From NCBI RefSeq assembly GCF_009914755.1, contig NC_060938.1: a stretch of 64,000 bases of DNA; one strand, written 5' to 3'. Under the pieces are notes generated by a model. The model searched no databases and was not told where the DNA came from. It saw only the letters and a program-made list of their open reading frames with translations. A program made the translations under genes and the position numbers. This DNA comes from the human T2T-CHM13v2.0 reference genome, Homo sapiens. This document shows positions 16,201-33,700 of this stretch, one piece after another (position 1 is the stretch's first letter; each line of letters opens with the position of its first letter).

Positions 16201-17877
16201 GATAGATCCCAATACAATAACTGTTGGAGAATTCAACAACCCATGTTCACCTTTGGACATGATTTTCTGTCTGGACAGGTCATCCAGACAGAAAATCAAA
16301 AAAGAAACATTGGACTTAATCTGCACTGTAGACCAAATGGACCTAATAGATATTTGCAGAACATGTCAACCAATGGCTGCAGAATGCACTCTCTTCTCCT
16401 CAGCACATAGATCATTCTGAAATAAATAGAACATATGTTAGGCCATCCATATCCATATGCAGAAGATATCCATGTGCAGAAGAATGAAACTAGACCTCTT
16501 TCTCCACACACAAAAATCAAAACAAAATGGATTAAAGGCTTAAATCTAAAAACTATAAAAAAAAACTATAAAACGACTAAAAGAAAACTTTGAGGAAACT
16601 ATCCACGACATTAATCTAGGCAAAGATTTCTTAAGTAATATCCCACAAACACAGGGAACCAAAGCAAAAACGGACAAATGGAATCACATCAAGTTAGAGA
16701 GCTTCTGCACAACAAAAGAAACAATTAACAAAGTGAACAGACAATCCACAGAACAGAAGAAAATATTTGCAAACTACCCATCTGACAAGGAATTAATAAC
16801 TAGAATATATAAAAAGTTCAAACAACTCAATAGGAAAAAACTAACAATCTGATTTTAAAATGGGCAAAAATCTGAATAGACATTTCTCAAAAGATGACAT
16901 ACAAACGGCAGACAGGCGTATGAAAAGGTGCTCAACATCACTGACCATCGGTGAAATACAAATCAAAACTACAATGAGATTATCATCTCATCCCAGTTAA
17001 AATAGCTTTTATCGAAAAGACAGGCAATAATGAATGCTGGTGAGGATGTGGAGAAAAGGGAACCCTTGTACACTGTTGGTGGGAATATAAATTAGTACAA
17101 TGGAGAGTACATTAGTACTATGAAGAATAGTTTGGAGGTTCCTCAGAAAACTAACAATAGAGCTACCATATGATCCAGCAATCCCACTGCTAGGATATAC
17201 CCCCCAAAAAAGAGATCAGTACATTGAAGAGATATCTACACTCCCATGTTTATTGTAGTACTATTCACAACAGTGAAGCTTTGGAAGCAGCCTAAGTGTC
17301 CATCAACAGATGAATGAATAAAGAAAATATGGTACATATACACAATGGAGTACTATTCAGCCATAAAAAGAATGAGATCCTGTCATTTGCAACAACATGA
17401 TTGGAACTGGAGGACATGATGTTAAGTGAAATATGCCAGGGACAGAAGGACAGAGTTTGCATGTTCTCACTTATTTGAGGGAACTAAATATTTTAAAAAT
17501 GGAACTCACAGACATAGAGAGTAGAATAATGGTTACCAGAGGCTGGGAAGGGTAGTGGGGCATTATGTAGGGGGAGAATGGCGATGGTTAATGGGTACAA
17601 AAATATCATTACATAGAATGAATAAGATCTAGTATTTGACAGCACAACAGAGTGACTACAGTCAATAATAATTTATTATATATTTTAAAATAACTGGAAG
17701 AATATAATTTGAATATTTGTAACATAAAGGATAAATTCTTGATGTGATGGATACCCCATTTACCCCGATATGATTATTACACAGTGTATGCCTGTATCAA
17801 AATATCTCATGTATCCCATAAATTTATACACTTACTATGTACCCACAAAAATTAAGAATAAAATATTTTTAAAAAAA
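13300..17877 (+). mobile_element. Old L1 (L1MA-type) with 5'UTR, ORF1, endonuclease part of ORF2, large internal deletion, and 3' end
   Basis: 5' end GGAGGCAGAGCAAGATGGCTGAATAG; ORF1 remnants (LSDREFRIAV); ORF2 start near 15795 (aatgtaaatggactaaactctccaatc); jump at ~16445 to the ORF2 C-terminal region; L1MA-type 3'UTR and A tail. Confidence 0.9.
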
Positions 17878-17885
17878 GGAAGGGA

Positions 17886-18280
<395 letters not shown>

Positions 18281-18519
18281 TTACTTCCATATTCTGCCTC
18301 AAAAAATCTTAATAAATTAAATTCAACAAAACAAGATCTCAAAGACTCAATAATAGAAAGACAAAATAAAATGAAAGTGCAGGTCGCAAACATACAGAAA
18401 TAAATTGAGAATCATGTCCCTTTATCACTCTAGGGTCCTAGGCTGGTTAGCAAAATTCAACTGAGTTGGAAAGGAGTGGGCAACTATCATTAAGGTCAAT
18501 CAATATTAACTGTTTTGAG

Positions 18520-18810
18520 ATTTGCTAAAGGGTTCAAAATTACAGCCAGATAGGAAGAATAAATTTTAGTGTTCTATACCACTGGAGGATGGCATAGTTA
18601 ACACTAATATGTTATATAGTTTAAAATAGCTAGGAGGAGGATATTGAACATTCCCAACATAAAGAAATGATAAATGTTTGAGATGACAGATATGCTAATT
18701 ACCCTGATCTGATCACTCTACATTATATGTGTCAAAATAGTACTTTGTACCCCATGAATATGTAAAATCAATATTTGTTAGTTAAGAAATAAAATTATAC
18801 TTAAAAATTA
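18520..18810 (+). mobile_element. L1MA 3'UTR fragment
   Basis: gaaatgataaatgtttgagatgacagatatgctaattaccctgatctgatc motif. Confidence 0.8.
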
Positions 18811-19311
18811 ACTACTTCTTTTGCTATGCAAACACTGATAGGAGCTATATAAACTTGATCAATGAAAGCACAAGATTACCAAATGAAAGAGATGAGAGCA
18901 GTGTATCATTCACACAACTCCACCATTACTGGTTGTGTGTCAGTTGTATCAGTGTAATCAGCAAAAGTAAGCTAACATTACCTACTTCAGCAAAGTTGTT
19001 CTGAATATCAGATGAGACGATATTTGTAACATGCTGAGCACAATTGTAGCCTGACAAGTGGTAGCTGTTATTATTTGGCTTTTGGGACAGTAAAATATCT
19101 CTGAAATGGTAAATGAGAACATAGCATGGTGACCTAGTGTTGCCTTTCTTTAGGACTATCCATAGGATCCTACTTCTGTAGATCCTACAAATCCATCACC
19201 CCTAATAGTTTTGAGGTCTTAGGATTAGTTGATTAATACGGCAGGTTTTTCATATATCTTCTAATCCTGGGCCACATGTAATGCTTACACCAGTGAAAGC
19301 AAATTTCTTAC

Positions 19312-19456
19312 CTGCCTTTGTCGAGTAAACCTTTCCACGTTGAGAAACAAAAGTAATAGCTGATGTATAAAAACTATGAAAAGTCTTCTTTATGATATCA
19401 TCATGAAAGTTAGCTATTAATTGAAAGGTGTTGCCGCCATCAACTGAAAGCCATAT
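19312..19456 (-). CDS. CATSPERB: CATSPERB coding exon (145 nt): IWLSVDGGNTFQLIANFHDDIIKKTFHSFYTSAITFVSQRGKVYSTKA
   Basis: ctctttattcctttag acceptor, CAG/gtaag donor, phase 0-1, in frame with the upstream exon; peptide recognised. Confidence 0.93.
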
Positions 19457-19574
19457 CTAAAGGAATAAAGAGATAATACCTTACTAAAGGGCTGCCATGC
19501 AACAGTTGGCAGTTACCTATCAGCCTACATGAGAATAGCCATGTGGCATGATCTTTTCCATATGCCTACATTCA

Positions 19575-19575
<1 letters not shown>

Positions 19576-19622
<47 letters not shown>
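19576..19622. repeat. (CT)n(CA)n compound microsatellite
   Basis: Direct reading. Confidence 0.95.
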
Positions 19623-19624
<2 letters not shown>

Positions 19625-20699
19625 GTATACAGACTCCTTATCTACTTTGTCTACCTTCTATTTCCATCCTAGAGTGTGTATGAAGGTGTCTGTGGCAGAG
19701 TACCGGTCTACACAATATGCATAGTGATTGTATAAAATAACAAAGTTATTCCTATGATCTCCCAAATAATTCCGTGTTCATAAAAGAATGGAGTGCTGGG
19801 TGCATTTGGATCTGGGGGAGGGGTTTACCCCATATTGACATAATACTTCATGTTCTAGGTGTCTGGCAAATATATACGCACACATATTTTGCATGGAAGA
19901 GCCCCTTGTCATTTGCAAGGGATGTGTCCTGGGACCTTTGTAGATCCTCAAATCACTTACCTCACTGTATAGTTATATTAGTTTATTACTATAGCATCTT
20001 AGTTTCTCTGTTTCCTCATCTTTAGGTAAGAGTTGTTTGAGGATAAAACAGATCAATTCTGTATTATGATTCCCAGTTGCTACCGCTTTTAATAGCCTGA
20101 GACTCATTCACATGAAGATTTCTGTTGTTGGATTTTTAAAAAATTAATTTTAATAACAAGTTATACAAGAAAATAGGCTTTTCTTACATTTCCAACTTTA
20201 TAAATATGGCTGAAGAATCTGAGACCACCATCCAAACAATTCTCCTTTTATGCCTCATCTAATATAATCAATCCTAGTCTCCTCTATCCCTTCCCATAGG
20301 TGACCAGTTAATCGGTTTGAAAATTCGAAGCATTTACATTCATATGTATGCAGATACCAATAGAATATGTACAGTACTGATTTCATTTTTATGGTAGGGA
20401 GGACAGAAAGGCTTTTAGACTTGGACAGGAAGTAACTTTGCCCTGGACTGCTTGCTTACTGGGCCTGAATATTACAAACACATACAGGAAACATACTGAA
20501 TACACATAGGTGCTTCTGTTACTCAGGATGCAGCACTCATTGCTGGCATAACACAATCCATGATCCAAAGCATATGGTATGTGGACCTCAATTTTCACTC
20601 TTGCTTTGGGCCCTGCAAACATTACTGGTGAGCAGGGAGGTAGTTAGGTGTCTAAGGAAGGGCACCTTGAACAATAGGCTCGAACTTGTATCATATTGT

Positions 20700-22500
<1,801 letters not shown>

Positions 22501-22509
22501 ATGAAAAAG

Positions 22510-22602
22510 TCTCTTCCTCTTTCTCTCCTTCTTCTTTCTTTCTCCTTCCTCCTCCCTCCTCCACCTCCTTCTCCTCTTCTGCTTCCCCCTCCTCCTTTTT
22601 TT
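22510..22602. repeat. CT-rich low-complexity tract
   Basis: Polypyrimidine CCT/CTT run. Confidence 0.9.
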
Positions 22603-22884
22603 AAAAAGAGGATGCAGAAAACTTTCTTTAGGTAAAAAGTGAAGTTAAGAGACTCTGTGATCTGATTCGGGGACCTAACCAAATAAGAAAACTGACTGCT
22701 AAATGGCTGACTTACAGGTGAGCTTTTGGCCCATATCACCAGTGTAACTTAAGATCAGTCTTCATTTCTTTTATTATTTTTCATTTTGAATGTTTAACTT
22801 GACCCAAATTATAAGTCATTGCCCAATTACTTTGGAAATATCCTTTGTCTTGATTGTGTTATTGCATATGGGTGGTGCTCAAAC

Positions 22885-23225
<341 letters not shown>

Positions 23226-23249
23226 CTATTGGTTATTTTATAATTTTTT

Positions 23250-24140
<891 letters not shown>

Positions 24141-24369
24141 ACAACCCTCACATCCAACTGGACCATTTTGTAAGCTCTATTAGATTTACATCTGTTTTAG
24201 CTATTGTTAATCTGTTTCCACAAGAGTTGTTCCAATTCCTTGGTCTTTCTAAATTTTTGTTCAACTGTTCGTTCTGTTTCTTAGCTTCATTTCAGAGGAC
24301 ACCATATAAACCCTTTATCTTTAATTCTGACTATTTATTGTCCACAATCAAAACACACATAAATTGATT

Positions 24370-24667
24370 TTTGTGTGTGTGTGAGATGAGGTCTTACTCT
24401 GTCACCCAGGTTGGAGTGCAATGGCACAATCTTGGCTAACTGCAACCTCTACCTCCCAGGCTCAAGGAAACCTCCCACCTCAGCTTCCTGAGTAGCTGGG
24501 ACCACAGGAACGTGCCACCACACCTGGATAATTTTTTTTTATTTTTTGGTGGAGACAGGGTTTTGGCATGTTGCCCAAGCTCGTCGCGAACTCCTGAGCT
24601 CAGGCAATCCACTCACCTTGACATCCCAAAGTGCTGGGATTACAGGTGTGAGCCACTGCACCCAGCC
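24370..24667 (-). mobile_element. AluJ
   Basis: Diverged dimeric Alu. Confidence 0.88.
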
Positions 24668-25052
24668 TGAATTTTTGAGATGTATAAAATACTGGCAAAA
24701 TTTTTGATCTACACACTTTTAAACCATTAAGTTCAAGTATAATAACTCCTTACATCACTGTTAGTTTCCAATCCATGCGCCCTAGGAATTCTAGAACAAA
24801 AGACAATGAAGCAACCACTTTTTCAAAAAATGACAGAAAATGAGTAAATAAAGTCATAGGATTCTACTCAGTTGGAGAAATACAGAGAAAAAAACACAAG
24901 ATGGAGACTGGGGGAAATGCAGGCCCAAGAACTCTATTTAGGTGATCGCCTGTTATATATGTGGAGAAACCTGGACACCACCAAATGCAAATTGTGTTCC
25001 TCTTATAAGGGGAACAAACATTCAAGGGTCAAAGAAGAAATTAGAGATTTTA

Positions 25053-25340
<288 letters not shown>

Positions 25341-25562
25341 CCCACAAAAACCCCCAAACGGATATGGTTAGGCTTTGTGTCCCTACCCAGATCTCATCTT
25401 GAATTATAATCCCCATAATCCCCAGGTGTTGAGGAAGGAACCAGGTGGAAGTGATTGGATCATGGGGGCGATTTCCCCATGCTGTTCTCGTGATAGTGAG
25501 TTCTCATGAGATCTAATGGTTTTATAAGAGGCTGTTGCCCCTTCACTCTGCCACTCTTCTCT

Positions 25563-27650
25563 CAGCAGTCTACTCTAGATCTCTTGAACTTTCTAGCTAA
25601 TCAAGGGTACAAGGCATCTAGGTCGAAGGCCCAGCTTTGCCTACAGCAGGTCAAATATCTAGGCCTAATCTTAGCCAGAGGAACCAGGGCCCTCAGCAAG
25701 GAACGAATACAGCCTATACTGGCTTATCCTTGCCCTAAGACATTAAAACGGCTGCGGGGATTCCTTGGAATCACCGGCTTTTGCCAACTATGGATCCCTG
25801 GATAGAGCGAGATAGCCAGGCCCCTCTATACTCTAATCAAGGAGACCCGGAGGGCAAATACTCATCTAGTAGAATGGGAACCAGAGGCAGAAACAGCCTT
25901 CAAAACCTTAAAGCAGGCCCTAGTACAAGCTCCAGCTTTAAGCCTTCCCACAGGACAAAACTTCTTTTTATACATCACAGAGAGAGCAGGGATAGCTCTT
26001 GGAATCCTTACTCAGACTCGTGAGACAACCCCACAACCAGTGGCATACCTAAGTAAAGAAGTTGATGTAGTAGCAAAAGTCTGGCTTCACTGTTTAAGGG
26101 TAGTTGTGGCGGTGGCCGTCTTAGTGTCAGAGGCTATCAAAATAATACAAGGATCCCACTGTCTGGACTACTCATGATGTAAATGACATACTAGGTGCCA
26201 AAGGAAGTTTATGGCTATCAGACAACCGCCTACTTAGATACCAGGCGCTACTCCTTGAGGGACTGGTGCTTCAAATACGTATGTGTGTGGCCCTCAACCC
26301 TGCTACTTTTCTCCCAGAGGATGGGGAACCAATCAAGCATGACTGCCAACAAATTATAGTCCAGATTTATGCCGCCCGAGATGATCTCTTAGAAGTCCCC
26401 TTAGCTAATCCTGACCTTAACCTATATATTGATGGAAGTTCATTTGTGGAGAATGGGATACGAAGGGCAGGTTATGCCATAGTTAGTGATGTAACTGTAC
26501 TTGAAAGTAAGCCTCTTCCCCCAGGGGCCAGCGCCCAGTTAGCAGAACTAGTGGCACCTACCTGAGCCTTAGAACTGGGAAAGGGAAAAAGTATAAATGT
26601 GTATACAGACAGCAAGTATGCTTATCTAATCCTACATGCCCATGCTGCAATATGGAAAGAAAGGGAGTTCCTAACCTCTGGGGGAACCCCATTAAATACC
26701 ACAAGGAAATTATGGAGTTATTGCACACATTGCAAAAACCCAAGGAGGTGGCAGTCTTACACTGCGGAAGCCATCAAAAAGGGGAAGGAGAGAGGAGAAC
26801 AGCAGCATAAGTGTCTGGCAGAGGCAGGGAAATACCAGCAGAAAGGAAAGAGACAAAGAGACAGAAAGTCAGATAGAAAGAAAGAGAAAGAGAGAGACAA
26901 AGTCAAAGACAGAAGGAAAGAGAGAGATAGAAGTAGTCAAGAAAAAACAGCGTACCCTATTCCTTTAAAAGGCAGGGTAAATTTCTGTCTACCCAGCCAA
27001 GGCATATTCTTCTTATGTGGAACTTCAACCTATATCTGCCTCTCAGACAAGTCTGCAAGAAATAATGAAATCTATCTTTACTCTACAATCCTAAATAGAC
27101 TCTTTGGCAGCAGTGACTCTCCAAAACCGCCAAGGCCTAGACCTCCTCACTGCTGAGAAAGGAGGACTCTGCACCTTCTCAGGGAAAGAGTGTTGTTTTT
27201 ACACTAACCAGTCAGGGATAGTAAGAGATGCTACCTGGCGTTTACAGGAAAAGGCTTCTGAAATCAGACAATGCCTTTCAAACTCTTATACCAACCTCTG
27301 GAGTTGGGCAACATGACTTCTCCCCTTTCTAGGTCCTGTGACAGCCATCTTGCTATTACTCACCTTTGGGCCCTGTATTTTTAACCTCCTTGTCAAATTT
27401 GTTTCCTCTAGGACCAAGGCCATCAAACTATAGATGGTCTTACAAATGGAACCCCAAATGAGCTCAACTAACAACTTCTACCGAGGACACCTGGACTGAC
27501 CCACTGGCCCTTTCGCTGGCCTAAAGAGTTCCCCTCTGGAGGACACTACAACTGCAGGGCCCTTTCTTCACCCCATCCAGCAGGAAGTAGCTAGAGCTAT
27601 CATCGGCCAATTCCCAACAGCATTTGGGGTGTCCTGTTTAGAGGGGAGAT
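25563..27650 (+). mobile_element. HERV9 internal remnant: RT C-terminus, RNase H, AG-rich tract, env TM
   Basis: SKAQLCLQQVKYLG, LRGFLGITGFC, LYIDGSSF, SAQLAEL, YTDSKYA; env [18 protein letters not shown] and CX6CC; PPT agaggggagat; stops and frameshifts. Confidence 0.92.
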
Positions 27651-28448
27651 TGAGAGGTGAAGCCAGCTGGACTTCCTGGGTCGAGTAGGGACTTGGAGAA
27701 CTTTTCTGTCTAGCTAGAAAACTAGATTGTAAACACACCAATCCACGCTCTGTGTCTAGCTAAAGGTTTGTAAACGCACCAATCAGAACTCTGTGAAAAC
27801 ACACCAATCAGTGCTCTGTGTCTAGCTAAAGGTTTGTAAACGCACCAATCAGCACTCTGTGTCTAGCTAAAGGATTGTAAACGCACCAATCAGCACTCTG
27901 TAAAATGGACCAATCAGCACTCTGTAAAATGGACCAATCAGTGCTCTGTAAAATGGACCAATCAGCAAGATGTGGGTGGGGCCAAATAAGGGAATAAAAG
28001 CTGGCCACCCGAGCCAGCAACGGCAAGCTACTCGGGACCCCTTCCATGCTGTGGAAGCTTTGTTCTTTCGCTCTTCACAATAAGTCTTGCTGCTGCTCCC
28101 TCGTGGTCCACACTATCTTTATGAGCTGTAACACTCACTGTGAGGGTCTGCGGCTTCATTCCTGAAATCAGCAAGACCACAAACCCACCGGGAGGAACAA
28201 ACAACTCTGGACGTGCCACCTTTAAGAGCTGTAACACTCACTGCGAAGGTCTGCAGCTTCACTCCTGAAGTCAGCGAGACCACGCACCCACCAGAAGGAA
28301 GAAACTCTGGACACATCTGAACATCTAAAGGGAAAAACTCTGGACACACCATCTTTAAGAGCTGTAACACTCACCGCGAGGGTCCGCAGATTCATTCTTG
28401 AAGTCAGCGAAACCAAGAACCCACCGGAAGGAACCAATTCCAGACACA
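27651..28448 (+). mobile_element. LTR12-family (ERV9) 3' LTR
   Basis: TGAGAGGTGAAGCC...CAGACACA termini, eight ACCAATC repeats in U3, repeated U5 units GAGCTGTAACACTCAC. Confidence 0.95.
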
Positions 28449-29288
28449 ATGATTGTAAGTTTTCCAAGGCCTTCCCAGCCAGGCAGAACTGTGAGTCAAT
28501 TAAACCTCTTTTCTTTATAAATTACCCCGTCTCGGACAGTTCTTTATAGCAGTGTGAGAATGGATTAATACATAAACATTTAGTGTGAAAAACTAAAATA
28601 TGGAAGAGAGTTTTAAGAAGACCTAGAAACAGGGTATCATCTTTAAAATCTCTAAATTTTGCACATAATATAGATATTTGAGAAACTGAATTAGTTCCTT
28701 CTTTGGAAGTCATTGCAGTACTTTCTTAGTTCCAAAGTTTGCTTAATGTTTCATAATCTGTGGCCCTTACTTTTTAAAACTGTCAGATGCTCCATAGATG
28801 GTATAACTACTCCTTTACCAAGCTTTCAGTGTACTGATACAGAACTGACTGAAGGAGCAGCCAGAGGGTGGAAAATGCTACTAGGAGGAACTTAAAGAAC
28901 AACAGAGCCAGAAAGTCAAGCTCAAAGTCAAACAGAAAAAGGCAAACATTAAATGCTGGAAACACCAGTTAGAAATACACTTTTGATGGGATTAGTGGCA
29001 AAATCTAAGTAATTCAGAGCTGGAAAGACAGGTATAGTAATTGGCAACATTCAAGCTAACTCTGATGTACCCATGGCTCATTTTCATCAGCCAATGAACT
29101 ACCTGAAAGGTAAAAACTGATAATGGACACCAAGCTTAGTATACAATAAATAGTCAATAAATATTGTCTTCCCTCCCACTGCCATCTCTAGGTCATCAGA
29201 GAAGCTCTGTTCTTAATGTACAGCCATGCAGCATACAGTAGGTGGATGATTTAACTCTAACACAGACTGAAGTTCCATGTGTACGCAC

Positions 29289-29447
29289 CTGATTGCCATA
29301 AGCATACAAAAAGTGGCTTCGGGGATGAAATACCATTCCAACGGGAGAAGAGAATGATGAAGGAAACCGAAAAATTGGAAATTTTGATTGTGAATTTGGT
29401 TCATTATTTCTCAGGGTGCTCACAGAGGCAATGGCAGTTTTCCTGAC
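29289..29447 (-). CDS. CATSPERB: CATSPERB coding exon (159 nt): VRKTAIASVSTLRNNEPNSQSKFPIFRFPSSFSSPVGMVFHPRSHFLYAYGNQ
   Basis: tctttgtttacctag acceptor, CAG/gtgcgt donor, phase 0-0, open frame. Confidence 0.93.
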
Positions 29448-29821
29448 CTAGGTAAACAAAGAATGAGCAAGTCATAAGACTAGTCTGTGTTACAAATTTT
29501 AGAATTTCCTGTTACTTGCATTTTGATTAAGAGAGAGATACAATCACTAACACAACATAGAACTAGAAGGATTAGCAGTAATTGTTACCTCTTTACTCCA
29601 CCACTCTGGCCCCTGCCACACACCCATCTTATAGTTGTTGAAAATGAAGTTTAGGAGATTAAATAACTTGTTGAAAGCTCTATAATTAACAGCAAAGAGA
29701 GGTTTATTATAGAATCACTGCTGAACTTGCCAGACAGACTCCAAAGCCCATGCTTATGACTATCATGCCAAAAGTGTGGATGCCTAAGCCACACCCCAGT
29801 TCTATTCAACCATTATTTTAA

Positions 29822-31706
<1,885 letters not shown>

Positions 31707-31734
31707 ATCTTGACGATAGGGGCCGAACTTATGG

Positions 31735-31915
31735 TTTTATTTGTTTGTTTGTTTTTTTGTTTGCTTGCTTGTTTGTTTTCTCAGACTGGATTTTGCTCTG
31801 TCACCTCACCTGGTGTGCTGGAGTGCAGTAGTGCCTCACTGTGGTTTTGAAATCCTGGCCTCAAGCCTCCTGCCTCAGCCTCCCGAGTTGCTGGGATTAC
31901 AGGCATGAGCCATCA
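31735..31915 (-). mobile_element. Degenerate Alu monomer
   Basis: TTTG-rich tail, gctggagtgcagt, gctgggattacaggcatgagcc. Confidence 0.7.
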
Positions 31916-32344
31916 CAACTGTCAGTTTATGTGTTTTTTAATGGCTCTAAGAAGAATTCTAATTCACAGGTAGGGTTAAGGACGTTTGGAAGAAAAAAAT
32001 ATAGATCTGTGGCAATTACTTCCATTTTTTTTTCTGTTTAATTAACCATTTTATGGAATCTTAAATTTGTATAGAAAAATCCCAGCTTATATTCTTTAGA
32101 GAATTAGCAAGGGAGAATCACTATGCATACAGCATCACGTTTTCCATTTTCATCAAAATGAATGACGACCAGGTGAGAAATCTCTAAAGTGTCAAGCTAT
32201 ATTATTGATTTTAAATAATTTTGCTATAGCCAATTTTATAGGTTCTATTGCCAGACATAACAAGAACTTGAAAATAACTTTTGCTAAGGTAAATTTTTAT
32301 TGTTGTCATGTCAAGATAAATTCCCTCTGGGATATAAGGCCTAC

Positions 32345-32494
32345 CTTGTTATAGAAGAGGTAAACTCCAGTACCACGCTCTTGGTCAACAAGAAATGTTA
32401 GCACAGTTGGAAAAATTTTTATTCCTTTAAAAATGTGAGGTAAGCAGGGTACCCATTCAAGAAATGGTTCCTGACTATAAAAACAAGAGCTTGA
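32345..32494 (-). CDS. CATSPERB: CATSPERB coding exon (150 nt): SSSCFYSQEPFLEWVPCLPHIFKGIKIFPTVLTFLVDQERGTGVYLFYNK
   Basis: T-rich tract ending ttttatag acceptor, AAG/gtag donor, phase 0-0. Confidence 0.93.
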
Positions 32495-32556
32495 CTATAA
32501 AAAAAAGAAGGGAAAAATTAATGCTGTTTTTGAAATATAAGTTCTAATTCTCTTAG

Positions 32557-33009
32557 TGAAACTAGCCCACTTGTTCATAGAAGTAATATTTACAGTTTTT
32601 TGAACAAACATAGAAATTAACCTTCCCTCCCTGGTCTTAAAACCCACTGGTCTTTAAACTCCCTGGTCTTAAAACGTTTTTCTCATCTGAATTCCTTCTT
32701 TAGGAAATCGACCCTTAGGCAAGGAACTGAAACTCAACGGATCACTGCACCCAGATAATGAGAAGTCAGACTCCTCATCCATCATGATTGCTTCTTCACC
32801 CATCTCTAATTCCTGTTTTCCTACCTTCCTTTCTGTGTAAATCCCCCAATTTTACTCAGAGAGACAGGTTTGAGATTTTTATCTACCATTCTCTTTGGCT
32901 GCAGCACCTGATTAAAGCCTTCTCCCTGGCAATACTTGTTGACTCAGTGACTGGCAGTCTATACAGCAAGCAGCAGGACCTAGACTGAATCCCTGGTGTT
33001 TTAGTAACA
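32557..33009 (+). mobile_element. ERV solo LTR (LTR45/LTR47-like)
   Basis: TGAAAC...GTAACA termini, aaacatagaaatt motif, ATTAAA signal, near-TSD ttag/gtag. Confidence 0.7.
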
Positions 33010-33081
33010 GTAGGAAAATAAATTAACAACCATAGTGTTGCTCTGACTGATCACAATTGTTTTTTAAAAAATCCTTAATGT

Positions 33082-33500
<419 letters not shown>

Positions 33501-33653
33501 CTAATAAACCCAAGTAGAAACACCACTGGGAGCAAAGAGTGATTGTGAAGCCTTTCAGTCTGTAGAATTGCCATTTTTTAGATTAATCCCAATCCATGAA
33601 GTCCCCAATCCCACAACAAAATTTCTTAACTTATAAAATATTCAATATCATAC

Positions 33654-33700
33654 CTCACTTAGGGTTCTGTTTCTCTCAAAGGTAACTGTAACATAATCAA
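33654..33700 (-). CDS. CATSPERB: CATSPERB coding exon (47 nt): (V)DYVTVTFERNRTLSE
   Basis: tttatttcacag acceptor, GAG/gtatga donor, phase 1-0. Confidence 0.92.

Larger units (their letters stand above)
25360..28572 (+). mobile_element. MST/THE1D-type MaLR LTR split in two (25360-25562 and 28449-28572) by ERV9
   Basis: GATATGGTTAGGCTTTGTGTCCC start; resumes ATGATTGTAAGTTT...GGATTAATACA after LTR12. Confidence 0.88.

Noticed and set aside
26599-27156. 185-aa ORF with a lysine/arginine-rich stretch
   Set aside because: Frameshifted ERV9 RNase H reading through an AG-rich tract; no evidence of a real protein
27730-27970. Regularly spaced repeats resembling a CRISPR array
   Set aside because: These are the LTR12 U3 CCAAT enhancer repeats; the spacers are not unique and the DNA is mammalian
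29196-29423. 75-aa ORF as a standalone small gene
   Set aside because: It is the CATSPERB exon frame running on into the intron; the same applies to 43122-43412
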